Source of the DNA: a bacterium
GTDB taxonomy: Bacteria; Zhuqueibacterota; Zhuqueibacteria; Residuimicrobiales; Krinioviventaceae
Direction: 5' to 3'
NCBI GenBank assembly: GCA_963674595.2
Contig: CAXXFV010000004.1
Coordinates: forward strand, 1 to 64,000
Length of the DNA: 64,000 nt
The number at the start of each line of letters is the position of its first letter. Positions within the stretch are counted from its first letter, which is position 1. The position numbers and the translations under genes are program-made. This document shows positions 9,819 through 19,509 of the stretch, one piece after another. Under the pieces are notes generated by a model. The model was given only the letters and a program-made list of their open reading frames with translations. It searched no databases and had not been told where the DNA came from.

Positions 9819-11588
9819 TCAGTAATAATTTTTTAATAAATTTGCTTCTACTTTATCAGCCTTTACATCATCTAGATTATAAAGGGCTTCCAGCGCCTGC
9901 ATTCGAATATAGGAAACCGGATCTTTCAAGGCGACTTTTTGTAACAATGGAAACACCTGAGAGGTGTCTATTTTTTCCAATACATGTATAGCACGACTTC
10001 TTAAAACGTCATCCGGTGAGTTTAATACCACATCAGACATGGGTTTAAAAATGACCGGACCAGATAAATTTTCCAGTCTGTTAAACGCTTCCAACTGTAT
10101 TGCCCGGTCAGGATCATTTAAAACGACCTGATGCAAGATATCCACTTTATTCTTTGTATCCATATTTTCCGAAACATCCAGCATTCTCATTCTAATACCA
10201 GGTTCTCTTTCTCCGGCAAGGGCTGTTTTTATAACATCTGCTCTATCTTTTGCATACTCTAAATCAGAATTATTTTTACTTTTATCATTAGTCAAAAAAT
10301 AATCCTCTCCCTCTAATAAATTAATCGCCATCCAGCGAATATTTTCATTTTGGTCTTTTAAAGCAATTTTTACAAGAGGTAAAATATGGACCTGATGAAG
10401 ATTGTCCACCAATCCCAATACCTTTAAACGAGAATTACTATCCTGTTCTTGTTCAAATAAATCAATTATAAAATTTATATCTTTAACCGAATTTTTATGA
10501 AAACGGGAAAACTCTTTAGAATTATTGGTGTTATGAAAGTATAATGAATCCTGGCCATCAATCTGATTCAGAACCTCCAGCATTCTTTGTTTTATATTTG
10601 CATTTTCTTCCTGAGGTAATAGCTGCATTAATCGGAGGCCGGCAGAATAGGGCAAAAAATCATGAAAATAGGATAATATTTCATATTTAACATTTGGCTG
10701 AATACCTCTCTGCCACCTGTCGATCAATTCCTGTGCCGTTTCTTCATCCTGAAAAGATAAAAGTTTTTGAATGATATCCTGCCGCACAATGTCATTATGC
10801 TCCGAATCAAACACCGTAAAAAGAGCCACCCTGGCCTCATTTGTTTTAAAACTCGAAAGCTCATTTAATGCCTTTAATTTTAAAGCCATATCACTTTCAT
10901 AATGAATATAGTTTTCCAACACAGGTACTATCAAGTCCGGTGAAATATGCTGTGCCGCCTCCAAAGAGATAACCTTCATGTCCGGATTCACATCAGAAAA
11001 CAATACGTTTTCAAAAACAGGCACAGATTGGGGAGAGTTGTATTTCACGATAGCTTTTAACAAAAGCTGTTGTACCATTGGATCCAAATTCTGATGAAAA
11101 GCCTGAATTAATATTGGTAATGATTCTTTATCATCGATCTCCGTTAACGCAATAACAGATACTATTTTAACATTGGGGTCCGCACTCTTCAGGCCGTCTT
11201 TGATATATTTTTTACACTCTTTACAACCTTGTTTAACCAATGAAGCAGCAACCTGATTTCTTTTAATTAACCCGTCCTTATACCAGGAGTTTTTATAATT
11301 ATTTACCAATTCATTATAATGAACCAGCGCTTTTTTCGGCTCATCCAGTTTTTCATAACAAAATCCCAACCAAAAGTGGGTCTTTGCCGCATCGTCATCT
11401 GTCATGTTCATGTTTAGACAGGATTCGAATGACTTGACAGCTTTTTCGTATTGTTGCTGGTAAAAATATTGTTTTCCCTGAAAAAATGATTGATGTAAAG
11501 CCTTTTGATCATCGGCAAAAGAAAAATTTATAACAACGGCTGTTAAAATTAAAAAACTTTTATACAATATATATTTTAAACGGTCCAT
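9819..11588 (-). CDS. Exported TPR (BamD-like) plus HEAT-repeat protein
   Basis: Signal peptide ending FSFA; TPR (YEKAVKSF..HFWLGFCYEKL); many HEAT units (DPNVKIVSV, ENIRWMAINLL, DPVSYIRMQALEAL). ATG at 11588 preferred to TTG at 11603. Confidence 0.8.
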   Translation of the reverse strand: MDRLKYILYKSFLILTAVVINFSFADDQKALHQSFFQGKQYFYQQQYEKAVKSFESCLNMNMTDDDAAKTHFWLGFCYEKLDEPKKALVHYNELVNNYKNSWYKDGLIKRNQVAASLVKQGCKECKKYIKDGLKSADPNVKIVSVIALTEIDDKESLPILIQAFHQNLDPMVQQLLLKAIVKYNSPQSVPVFENVLFSDVNPDMKVISLEAAQHISPDLIVPVLENYIHYESDMALKLKALNELSSFKTNEARVALFTVFDSEHNDIVRQDIIQKLLSFQDEETAQELIDRWQRGIQPNVKYEILSYFHDFLPYSAGLRLMQLLPQEENANIKQRMLEVLNQIDGQDSLYFHNTNNSKEFSRFHKNSVKDINFIIDLFEQEQDSNSRLKVLGLVDNLHQVHILPLVKIALKDQNENIRWMAINLLEGEDYFLTNDKSKNNSDLEYAKDRADVIKTALAGEREPGIRMRMLDVSENMDTKNKVDILHQVVLNDPDRAIQLEAFNRLENLSGPVIFKPMSDVVLNSPDDVLRSRAIHVLEKIDTSQVFPLLQKVALKDPVSYIRMQALEALYNLDDVKADKVEANLLKNYY

Positions 11589-11609
11589 TTTTAATTCCTG
11601 CAAAATCTA

Positions 11610-12380
11610 TTAAAACTTGACCTCATTAATGAATGTACGATTTTTGGCTTTTGCTACATTTAATTTTAGCAAATACTGATTATTATGAATGGATTTTTTT
11701 AAAAAATCCATTGAAGGCTCATTATGCATTTGGTTTGTTTGATGAATGTCCCAAAAGACAGGTTCCAGCTCCTTAACCAAATCATATAAATATTTTTCAT
11801 CTTTATTGTGGTGAAAATTTTTAGAAATAAGCTCAGATTGAACTATTAGATTTTTAACCATCTCATTTTGCATGGAAGCTGTTCGAACCGGATCCGGGTT
11901 TATGCCGGATGTATTTTTAATATCGGTTAACAGTGCCTCACTGTTTTCCAGATAATCCTGAACTTGCTGACGAAATCCTTTTTGCTTTTTTGCCACAGTC
12001 ACATTCGTCGACTGCCTGTCCATAAAATAAAAATAATTTAAAATGAAAGCAAAAGCCAAAACAGTTATTCCAGCAAAAGCATATTTTGCTCTATTCATAA
12101 CAAAAATCCGGGAGAAAAAACCGTATAAATCAAAAAAACGAGTCTTTGATTTCACTTTATCCCGAGCAATTTGAGCAAACAATTTTTGCTCCAAATAAAA
12201 TGGAGGATCAGGACGTTCCAGATTATTTTCGACCAGAGTTTCCAGACTGTTAAACTCATCAAAAAGTTTTTGGCATGATTCACATTGCTGTAAATGGGCA
12301 AACATGCTTTCAACTTTAGCAGAGGAAAGCTGCGAATCAAGATACTGGGAAATATATTGTTTATATTTACTGCAATCCAT
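11610..12380 (-). CDS. Zinc-binding (zf-HC2/ZAS) transmembrane anti-sigma factor
   Basis: YLDSQLS..HLQQCESC (HxxxCxxC), one TM helix, helical extracytoplasmic domain; follows the ECF sigma by 2 bp. Confidence 0.88.
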   Translation of the reverse strand: MDCSKYKQYISQYLDSQLSSAKVESMFAHLQQCESCQKLFDEFNSLETLVENNLERPDPPFYLEQKLFAQIARDKVKSKTRFFDLYGFFSRIFVMNRAKYAFAGITVLAFAFILNYFYFMDRQSTNVTVAKKQKGFRQQVQDYLENSEALLTDIKNTSGINPDPVRTASMQNEMVKNLIVQSELISKNFHHNKDEKYLYDLVKELEPVFWDIHQTNQMHNEPSMDFLKKSIHNNQYLLKLNVAKAKNRTFINEVKF

Positions 12381-12382
12381 AA

Positions 12383-12967
12383 CTATTCTAAGACATTTTC
12401 ATATTTTTGTGTTAATTTTTCATTCAACATACTGCGGGCACGAAACACACGAGATTTTACGTTGCCGATGCTGCAATCCATAATTTCCGCAACATCCTGA
12501 TAGCTATGTTTTTCAATAACACCAAGAACAAAAGCTGTACGATAAATTTCCGGCAGTTCCGACAATAATTCATTAAAAACATGATTAAACTCTTTGCCAA
12601 TAAGGTGTTCTTCCAGAATATCATTCACCTCACATGGAAGCTGCAAAAGAGATTCATCGTCCATGCTGTTTTCAATAGAAATGTGTTTCTCTTTTTTATT
12701 TTTTCGCATTAATGAAATCGTTGAATTCCTTGCAATACTAAATAACCAGGAAGAGAAAAATTCAGGTTTTTTGCACGTATCTATTTTTTGATATACCTTA
12801 AAAAACACATCCTGCGTTATATCGGCTGCCTCGTCGGAATTTGTTACCATACGAAATATAAAACGATACACCGGTTTTTCAAAGGCCCGATATAGTTCAC
12901 GGAAAGCATTTTCATCACCTTTTTTCGCTTCTTCTACAACGCGTTCCTGGTCTTTAATTAATTTCAC
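12383..12967 (-). CDS. ECF RNA polymerase sigma factor
   Basis: GDENAFRELY, AADITQDVF, FSSWLFSIARN (region 2) and SYQDVAEIMDCSIGNVKSRVFRAR (region 4). Confidence 0.95.
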   Translation of the reverse strand: MKLIKDQERVVEEAKKGDENAFRELYRAFEKPVYRFIFRMVTNSDEAADITQDVFFKVYQKIDTCKKPEFFSSWLFSIARNSTISLMRKNKKEKHISIENSMDDESLLQLPCEVNDILEEHLIGKEFNHVFNELLSELPEIYRTAFVLGVIEKHSYQDVAEIMDCSIGNVKSRVFRARSMLNEKLTQKYENVLE

Positions 12968-12998
12968 AGATACGTTTCCACTAATATATTTATAACTA

Positions 12999-13027
12999 TA
13001 TGATTATTTTTTAAATTAAAGGTTACA
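12999..13027 (-). promoter_or_regulatory. Candidate ECF (sigmaE-like) autoregulatory promoter
   Basis: GTAACCT-N16-TCATA, 31 bp upstream of the sigma start; compare sigmaE GGAACTT-N16-TCAAA. Confidence 0.45.
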
Positions 13028-13159
13028 ATTTTTTTTTAAATTTCACCTCTGAATAACATATAATTTTAATACGCAAACAAGAGATGCTTGTTTCCTAATT
13101 CAGGAATGTCTATATTAAACAACGTGATTTCAAAAATATAAAATCCGGGAATTGATAGT

Positions 13160-14212
13160 ATGCTGAATGAATATTTGAAAAAGTACAAAAGGCTTACGGA
13201 AACCGTTAAATGTGCCGGCTGAGCGGCCAAACTGGCGCCAAATGAATTGGCCGCAGCTTTGGAAAAGCTGCCTGCAATAACCGATCCCAGAGTACTGGTC
13301 GGATTTAACACATCTGATGATGCCGGTGTTATTAAAATCAGTGATGATCTGGCACTGGTACATACAGTCGACATTTTTACACCAATTGTTGATGATCCCT
13401 ATCAATACGGACTCATTGCCGCTGCAAATGCCCTGAGTGATATTTATGCTATGGGCGCAACGCCATTGTCCGCTTTAAATATTGTCGGCTTTCCGAAAAA
13501 TCTGTTTCCGATGGAGCTCCTTGGAGATATACTCAAAGGCGGCGCGGACAAAACCCAGGAAGCGGGTATTTCGATTATCGGCGGACATACCATATCCGAT
13601 GATGAACTAAAATACGGACTGGCTGTTACAGGGTTGATTCATCCCGACAAGATCATCACCAACAACGGAGCCAAACCGGGTGATGTGCTGCTTTTGACAA
13701 AACCCATCGGTACCGGCACGATTACAACGGCCCTTAAAGCAGGTAAAGGCTCTGAGGAAATGGAGCAAAATGTTTGTCTCGTTATGGCTAAACTCAACCA
13801 AAAGGCGGCAGAAATCTGTTCAGATATCGGTGTTCATGCCTGTACGGATGTTACCGGATTTGGATTGGTCGGTCATGCCTATGAAATGGCCCAGGGCAGT
13901 AAAAATGGAATCATTCTGAACTATGAAAAGATACCGGTTTTACCGGATGCTCTTGTCACGGCAGAAAAAGGCTTTGTTCCGGGCGGAACAAAATCAAACC
14001 GATTATATGTCGGTCTTGATGTGGATATGGGTAAATACGGTGCGTTTGAAGAAAGTATTCTTTTCGACCCGCAAACTTCCGGCGGATTATTGATTGCTGT
14101 AAATCCCGATAAAGCCAAAGCCCTTGAAAACGCTCTAAATTCAGCCGGAATTTCCGCTCCTGTTATCGGACAAGTCATTAAAGAACATCCAGGCAAAGTA
14201 ATGATTCAATAA
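13160..14212 (+). CDS. selD: Selenide, water dikinase (selenophosphate synthetase), selenocysteine-containing, 350 aa
   Basis: ATG at 13160 reads MLNEYLKKYKRLTETVKCAG-(TGA 13220-13222)-AAKLAP in frame with the 13247 ORF; DDAGV, TVDIFTPIVDDP, ANALSDIYAMG, GGHT, TDVTGFGL and DPQTSGGLL motifs. Confidence 0.95.
13223..13254 (+). promoter_or_regulatory. Candidate bacterial SECIS hairpin
   Basis: GCGGCCAA...TTGGCCGC perfect 8-bp stem beginning at the base after the UGA. Confidence 0.6.
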
Positions 14213-14256
14213 TAGAAAATCGGGTTTTTATCGGTATAAAAACCTGATTTTCTATT
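14211..14256. terminator. Bidirectional terminator between convergent selD and the peptidase-like gene
   Basis: 21-bp arms AATAGAAAATCGGGTTTTTAT/ATAAAAACCTGATTTTCTATT (one G-U pair), 4-nt loop. Confidence 0.75.
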
Positions 14257-15685
14257 TTACCGGGAAACCAGTCAATTTACCATCCAAAACATCTTTTAAT
14301 ACCCGAAATTTATATAAGCCATTGAAAAATGGAACCGATTCATAAGGGATGGAAAACGAACTCGAAAAACAGGCTATCAAATTATTGGTATAAAGATTGT
14401 AAATCGAGACCTCATTTTCATTTGCCATAATGAGATACTTTTCTCCCCTGTAATTTTCGTCAGAAAAAATCTCATCATATTTTTTGCTTTTATAATTCAC
14501 AGGGATATTCTTTGCTGTGAGTAAAACAGTGTCCTTTACACAAAATTCATAGTATAAAGAATCATTGTATATTTTACAATTCGGGGCTTGATAGATCATC
14601 TGCTTTTCTTTTAAAGTAAATTTAAAATCAATGTTTCGGACTTTCTCATATCCTGCCAAATACTCCTGCCAGGCAGAAACCGGCGGTAAATCCTTTTCGG
14701 AAATAGCACTATTATCGATCTCTTTGGCCGTTCCGCTATATTTCAGATAAAGATCGAGATATTTTTCAATGCCAACCTCTTTAATTAAAAAGGCGGTATA
14801 TAATCCACAAAGAGGATAACTCAGGGAAGCATCCTGTTGGTAAAATCCGGTTTTGCTTAACAATTCCGAATAATCGAGCATTTTGGATTTTTGTAAAAAC
14901 AATCCCAGGTCAAGAATAACATTCGGTTCCTTACCGCCCCGGCCGCCAAAGGCAACGGCAATACCTTCCTGGAAAAACGGGTGGGTATATAACGGCAATG
15001 TTTGCAGTTTGTAATTGACCAGCAAATGTACCAGCTCGTGATAATGGGCATTAAACGTGGTTATAATATAATCATAGGCAAGATCGTACATTCCACGAAT
15101 ATGAAACCCGGTAATATTATTTATCTCATTTTCATTTTTACACAAATAATAGCGGATTTTTTTGTCCCGAATCCGTTCAACCATTAAAGGACTAAAACCA
15201 AGGTCCTTACACATTTTACTAAAAAACGTTTCCAAAACATCGATACAACAGGAATTGAAACAGATTGTATCACTGATTATAAAACAAAAATGTTCACTTT
15301 CGATAAACTCCCAATTCTGTGTAAAATAAGTCATAGGCGAAACCAGGTTCCGACCCTTGAAATAGAATTCTTTATGAATTTTTGATTGTGGGAGTTTTAA
15401 TAAAAGCTTTGAATAATTATCTCGCAGCGAAATAATTTCAATTTCAAAATTTTCATCGGAACGGATTTGTTCCATGTTATAAGAAATCAGATACTTGTAT
15501 TTTACATCTTTATATTCAATGCCAAGGCGATTGGACATCTGCAAATCATCAGGATCAACAAATTCATCCAAATGCTCTCCCCTGGTGATAAGTTCTTTAC
15601 AAAACAGTTGCGCCCGCTCATAGGACAGTTCCTGAGAAAAAAGACACATCGGCACAAAAAACAAAACCACTATTTTGGCAATCAT
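14252..15685 (-). CDS. Exported putative gluzincin (peptidase MA-like) metalloprotein
   Basis: Signal peptide; ESEHF; HELVH (HExxH) with downstream FFQEGIA third ligand; SYP motif. Confidence 0.65.
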   Translation of the reverse strand: MIAKIVVLFFVPMCLFSQELSYERAQLFCKELITRGEHLDEFVDPDDLQMSNRLGIEYKDVKYKYLISYNMEQIRSDENFEIEIISLRDNYSKLLLKLPQSKIHKEFYFKGRNLVSPMTYFTQNWEFIESEHFCFIISDTICFNSCCIDVLETFFSKMCKDLGFSPLMVERIRDKKIRYYLCKNENEINNITGFHIRGMYDLAYDYIITTFNAHYHELVHLLVNYKLQTLPLYTHPFFQEGIAVAFGGRGGKEPNVILDLGLFLQKSKMLDYSELLSKTGFYQQDASLSYPLCGLYTAFLIKEVGIEKYLDLYLKYSGTAKEIDNSAISEKDLPPVSAWQEYLAGYEKVRNIDFKFTLKEKQMIYQAPNCKIYNDSLYYEFCVKDTVLLTAKNIPVNYKSKKYDEIFSDENYRGEKYLIMANENEVSIYNLYTNNLIACFSSSFSIPYESVPFFNGLYKFRVLKDVLDGKLTGFPVK

Positions 15686-15730
15686 AAATCCATATTCCCT
15701 ATGCTGAATTTTCCAAAGAATAAAATCAAA

Positions 15731-17170
15731 CTACCCTTTAATGACACCGAGAGGTTTTAACCGGGCCACTTTTTTTGAAATACCCGCATTTGCCACGGCA
15801 TCTACAACATCTGAAACATCTTTATAAGCTTCGGGCATTTCTTCGGCCATGGTAGCATAACTGGAAGCGCGAACATAAATCCCTTTATTTTGCAGCTCTT
15901 CTTTTAAAGAGCGTCCCCTGGCGGCTTGCATGGCTTTTTTACGACTCATGACCCGGCCGGCGCCATGGCAGGTTGATCCAAAGGTTTCCTGCATCGCCTT
16001 ATCCGTTCCCAGCAAAACATAAGAGTATCGTCCCATATCGCCCGGGATTAAAACGGGCTGTCCGATTTCCCGGTAATCATCCGGAATATCCGGGTGATGT
16101 GCGGCAAACGCCCGTGTTGCACCCTTGCGATGCACACACAGTTCGACTTTTTTATCATTTACCACGTGTTTTTCAATTTTGGCGATATTATGGGCAACTT
16201 CATAAACAACCTGCATATTAATAGATCGTGTGCTCGCTCCCATGGCTTTTTCAAAAGCCAGTCGCGCCCAATGTGTGATCATTTGACGATTGCAAAAAGC
16301 AAAATTTACGGCACAGGCCATGGCGGCCAGATATCGTTGGCCTTCATCGGACTTGACGGGGGCGCAGCATAACTGCCGGTCCGGCAGTTCAATACCGTAT
16401 TTTTGAGCGGCACGAAGCATCACTTTGATATAATCATCACAAACCTGATGTCCGAATCCGCGCGAACCGGTGTGTACAATCAGCGTCACCTGGTTTTTTC
16501 TCAATCCCAAAACCGATGCTGCATGTTCATCGTAAATATGCTGCACAAATCCGACTTCAACAAAATGGTTACCGGAACCCAGGGTTCCGACCTGCGCCCT
16601 TCCACGGGTCAGGGCGCGGTCACTGACTTGAGAGGGATCAGCCCCGGACATGGCCCCGTTTTCCTCAATTTTGTCCAAATCAGCCGCAGAACCGAATCCG
16701 TTTTCCACAGCCCATTTTGCACCATGTGTTAGTACTTTTTTCTCATCAGCATTTTTCAACTTTATCGGACCTGTTGAACCGACACCACTGGGAATTTGTG
16801 CAAACAGTGTATCAACAATTTTGGTAATTTTCGGTTCCACATCTGTTCTGTCAAGATCGGTTTTCAAAAGCCTTACACCACAATTAATATCATAACCAAC
16901 GCCACCCGGCGAAACAATGCCATTTTCCATATCAAACGCTGCCACACCACCGATGGGAAAACCATAGCCCCAATGCATATCCGGCATGGCAAAAGAATAA
17001 CCGACAATACCGGGAAGCCAGGCAACATTCGACGCCTGCTGCGGGGCTTCATCTTTAACGATATCCGACAACATGGATTCAGAAGCATAAATACGGGCCG
17101 GTACTCGCATTTTCCCCTGTTGAGGGATTTCATACAAATAGTCGTGTATTTTTTTTATTTGAGAATTCAT
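15731..17170 (-). CDS. rtcB: RNA-splicing/repair ligase RtcB (long, archaeal/eukaryote-like type)
   Basis: MPDMHWGYGFPIGGV, GVGYDINCG, GTLGSGNHF, HTGSRG, HRKGAT, STCHGAGR, EEMPEAYK; catalytic motifs intact. Confidence 0.97.
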   Translation of the reverse strand: MNSQIKKIHDYLYEIPQQGKMRVPARIYASESMLSDIVKDEAPQQASNVAWLPGIVGYSFAMPDMHWGYGFPIGGVAAFDMENGIVSPGGVGYDINCGVRLLKTDLDRTDVEPKITKIVDTLFAQIPSGVGSTGPIKLKNADEKKVLTHGAKWAVENGFGSAADLDKIEENGAMSGADPSQVSDRALTRGRAQVGTLGSGNHFVEVGFVQHIYDEHAASVLGLRKNQVTLIVHTGSRGFGHQVCDDYIKVMLRAAQKYGIELPDRQLCCAPVKSDEGQRYLAAMACAVNFAFCNRQMITHWARLAFEKAMGASTRSINMQVVYEVAHNIAKIEKHVVNDKKVELCVHRKGATRAFAAHHPDIPDDYREIGQPVLIPGDMGRYSYVLLGTDKAMQETFGSTCHGAGRVMSRKKAMQAARGRSLKEELQNKGIYVRASSYATMAEEMPEAYKDVSDVVDAVANAGISKKVARLKPLGVIKG

Positions 17171-17179
17171 TTCAACTCC

Positions 17180-17599
17180 TTAAATATCAAAAATGACCCG
17201 TACCTGCCAGCGATGGTCCTGTTCTTCCAGCATCAGTTTATGAAAAGTGACGGCCTTTATTTCAATTTCAGCATTGTGTTTTTCAGGATCAAAGGTTTCA
17301 CCGGACACCAGCATTGAAAACCGGTATCCATCCCGGTCCATTTTTAAAATTTTTGCAGACATGTATTGTTGAGTTTGAAATAAAAAATTAAGTTCCGATA
17401 ACCAGTTAACCAGACACTCTTCAAGGTCTCCCCCTTCTATAGTTATTTCTTTTTCGAGAATGGATTGAATTTCGTAATGAGGACAGATTATCTGAAACAT
17501 ACCAAAAGCGGCTGTTTCAAAAACCTGATGCAGCGAGTCGGCATAAAAATGAATGCCGGTATCTCCGGTATGATCGATAAATGTAATTTCCGGTCGCAT
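17180..17599 (-). CDS. Archease (RtcB cofactor)
   Basis: IDHTGD, LVNWLSEL, EIKAVTFH and C-terminal VIFDI; 9 bp upstream of rtcB. Confidence 0.93.
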   Translation of the reverse strand: MRPEITFIDHTGDTGIHFYADSLHQVFETAAFGMFQIICPHYEIQSILEKEITIEGGDLEECLVNWLSELNFLFQTQQYMSAKILKMDRDGYRFSMLVSGETFDPEKHNAEIEIKAVTFHKLMLEEQDHRWQVRVIFDI

Positions 17600-17613
17600 G
17601 ATAATTCAAATAA

Positions 17614-17641
17614 ATTGGGTCAGAATGGCTTCCGACCCAAT
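17614..17641 (-). terminator. Hairpin downstream of gpmI, just upstream of archease
   Basis: ATTGGGTCGGAA-GCCA-TTCTGACCCAAT followed by TTATTT. Confidence 0.6.
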
Positions 17642-17672
17642 CGGTTAAAATATACAAATACTCTATTGACTA

Positions 17673-19302
17673 TTACTTGCTGGTAATCAGCGAAGCGTCA
17701 TAATCTTTGATTTTTTCAAAACCAAGCAAATTCAAAATTGTTGAAGCCACGTTACTGAGTCCGGGATTTTCAACCTTTGCCATTTCATATTCACCGTTAT
17801 ATTGCGGATCATAAATGATAAAGGGAACCGGATTCAGTGTGTGCGCTGTTTTTGGTGACCGTTTTCCGTTCTTTTCGGAAAACATTTCATCAGAGTTTCC
17901 GTGATCAGCAGTAATAATGGCAATACCGCCCATCTCTTCAACAACCGGTAAAATTCTGCCGATACATTGGTCAACAGTTTCAACGGCTGTGATAGCAGCT
18001 TCCATATTACCGGTATGCCCGACCATATCACCATTGGCAAAATTCAACCGGCCGAATCTGTATTCACCTGTTTCAAGCAGCTCAATTGTTTTGTCTGCAA
18101 TTTCAACGGCTTTCATTTTCGGCGCCTTATCAAATTCGATTCTGTCGGATGGAATTTCAATATATGTTTCCAGGTCTTCATTGATGTATCCGGACCGGTT
18201 TCCGTTCCAAAAATAGGTGACGTGACCAAATTTTTGTGTTTCTGAAATAGCAAACATTTTTACGCCTTCTGCACACAAATATTCCGAAACAGTGCGGTCT
18301 ATTTCCGGTGGTGCTACAAGGAAATTATTCGGGATATGCAAATCACCGTCATATTCCATCATACCGGCATAGGTTACGTCCGGATATGCGGCTCTGTCAA
18401 ATTCGTTAAAATCTTTTTCATCAAAAGCGCGGGAAATTTCAATGGCCCGGTCGCCACGGAAATTAAAATTTAACACACAATCGCCATCTAAAATTCGGCC
18501 GACCGGTTCATCATTTTCATCCACAACAACAAACTGACCCAGATATTGGTCCGTCATTTTCGGGTCCTGGTCGTATAATGATTGAACAGCCTCTTCAGCA
18601 GATTTGAATTTAGGGGCATTTCCGCAGACGTGTGTATTCCATCCGCGTTTAACAACGTCCCAATCTGCTCCGTAACGGTCCATGGTGGTCACCATTCTTT
18701 CCGCCGCCTGAGGCAATATTGTAATCAAAACCTTTTTCTTTGGAAATTTTGTCCAGCAATTCCTGTGTCGGACGGATGTATTCCAAAGCAGATTTTTCAC
18801 CAACATCCCGGCCATCCAACAGTGCATGGATTCTTAATTTTTTCACACCATTTTCAGCACAATTATTAATTAATGCAAACAGATGATTAATATGGGAATG
18901 TACATTGCCATCGGAAAGCAATCCCATAAAGTGAACAGTTTTTCCCTCCTGACCCTTTTTCAAAAAAGTCTTCCACAGATCAGATTCGAAAATTTGTCCG
19001 GTCTTGATGGAATTGTCCACCAGTTTGGCTCCCTGGGCAAAAACACGACCGGCGCCAAGAGCATTATGTCCGACTTCACTATTTCCCATATCGCCGTCAC
19101 TCGGCAACCCAACAGCCGGGCCATGGGCATTTAATTGTGTATATAACTTGCTGTTGAACAATTTATCCAAATTCGGCGTATTGGCTTTATAAACCGCATT
19201 TGCTTCATTCTGTTTACCAATACCAACGCCATCCATAATTACAAGTAAAACCGGACCTTTCCGTCCCTGAAATCCTTTACTTTTTGTCAACTCTAACTTC
19301 AT
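17673..19302 (-). pseudogene. gpmI: 2,3-bisphosphoglycerate-independent phosphoglycerate mutase split by a 1-nt insertion (or sequencing error)
   Basis: N-terminal part (MDGVG, MGNSEVGH, SDGNVHS, LDGRD, IASGGG) and C-terminal part (RMVTTMDRY, NFRGDR, SETQKFGHVTYF, NGDMVGHTG, TADHGN, HT) join if one A is removed from GGAAAGAATG at 18698-18700, giving 542 aa. Confidence 0.9.
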
Positions 19303-19437
19303 TATATTAATACCTTTCTGATACTATAGTTTACATATTGGTAGAATTATTTAAAGTACAAAAAATCTTTATCATTTAAAAATACTAAATTTCAACTAGA
19401 ATTTAAAAATAAGAAAAGTTTCGTAAGGTGATAAAAC

Positions 19438-19466
19438 TTGCTTAAATCATTTAAAATGTTTACCTT
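19438..19466 (+). promoter_or_regulatory. sigma70-type promoter for tkt
   Basis: TTGCTT-N17-TACCTT. Confidence 0.5.
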
Positions 19467-19509
19467 TACACAATTTTCGTCAAATATATATAGCACAAAT
19501 TAAGAGGTC

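Noticed and set aside
13066-13405. Two minus-strand ORFs of 91-102 aa
   Set aside because: Antisense shadows of the true selD 5' end.
16796-17317. 173-aa plus-strand ORF and other short antisense ORFs in the track
   Set aside because: They lie opposite well-conserved genes and have no recognisable motifs.
18649-18827. Programmed frameshift in gpmI
   Set aside because: Needs +1 with no recognisable slippery site or stimulator; an indel is simpler.
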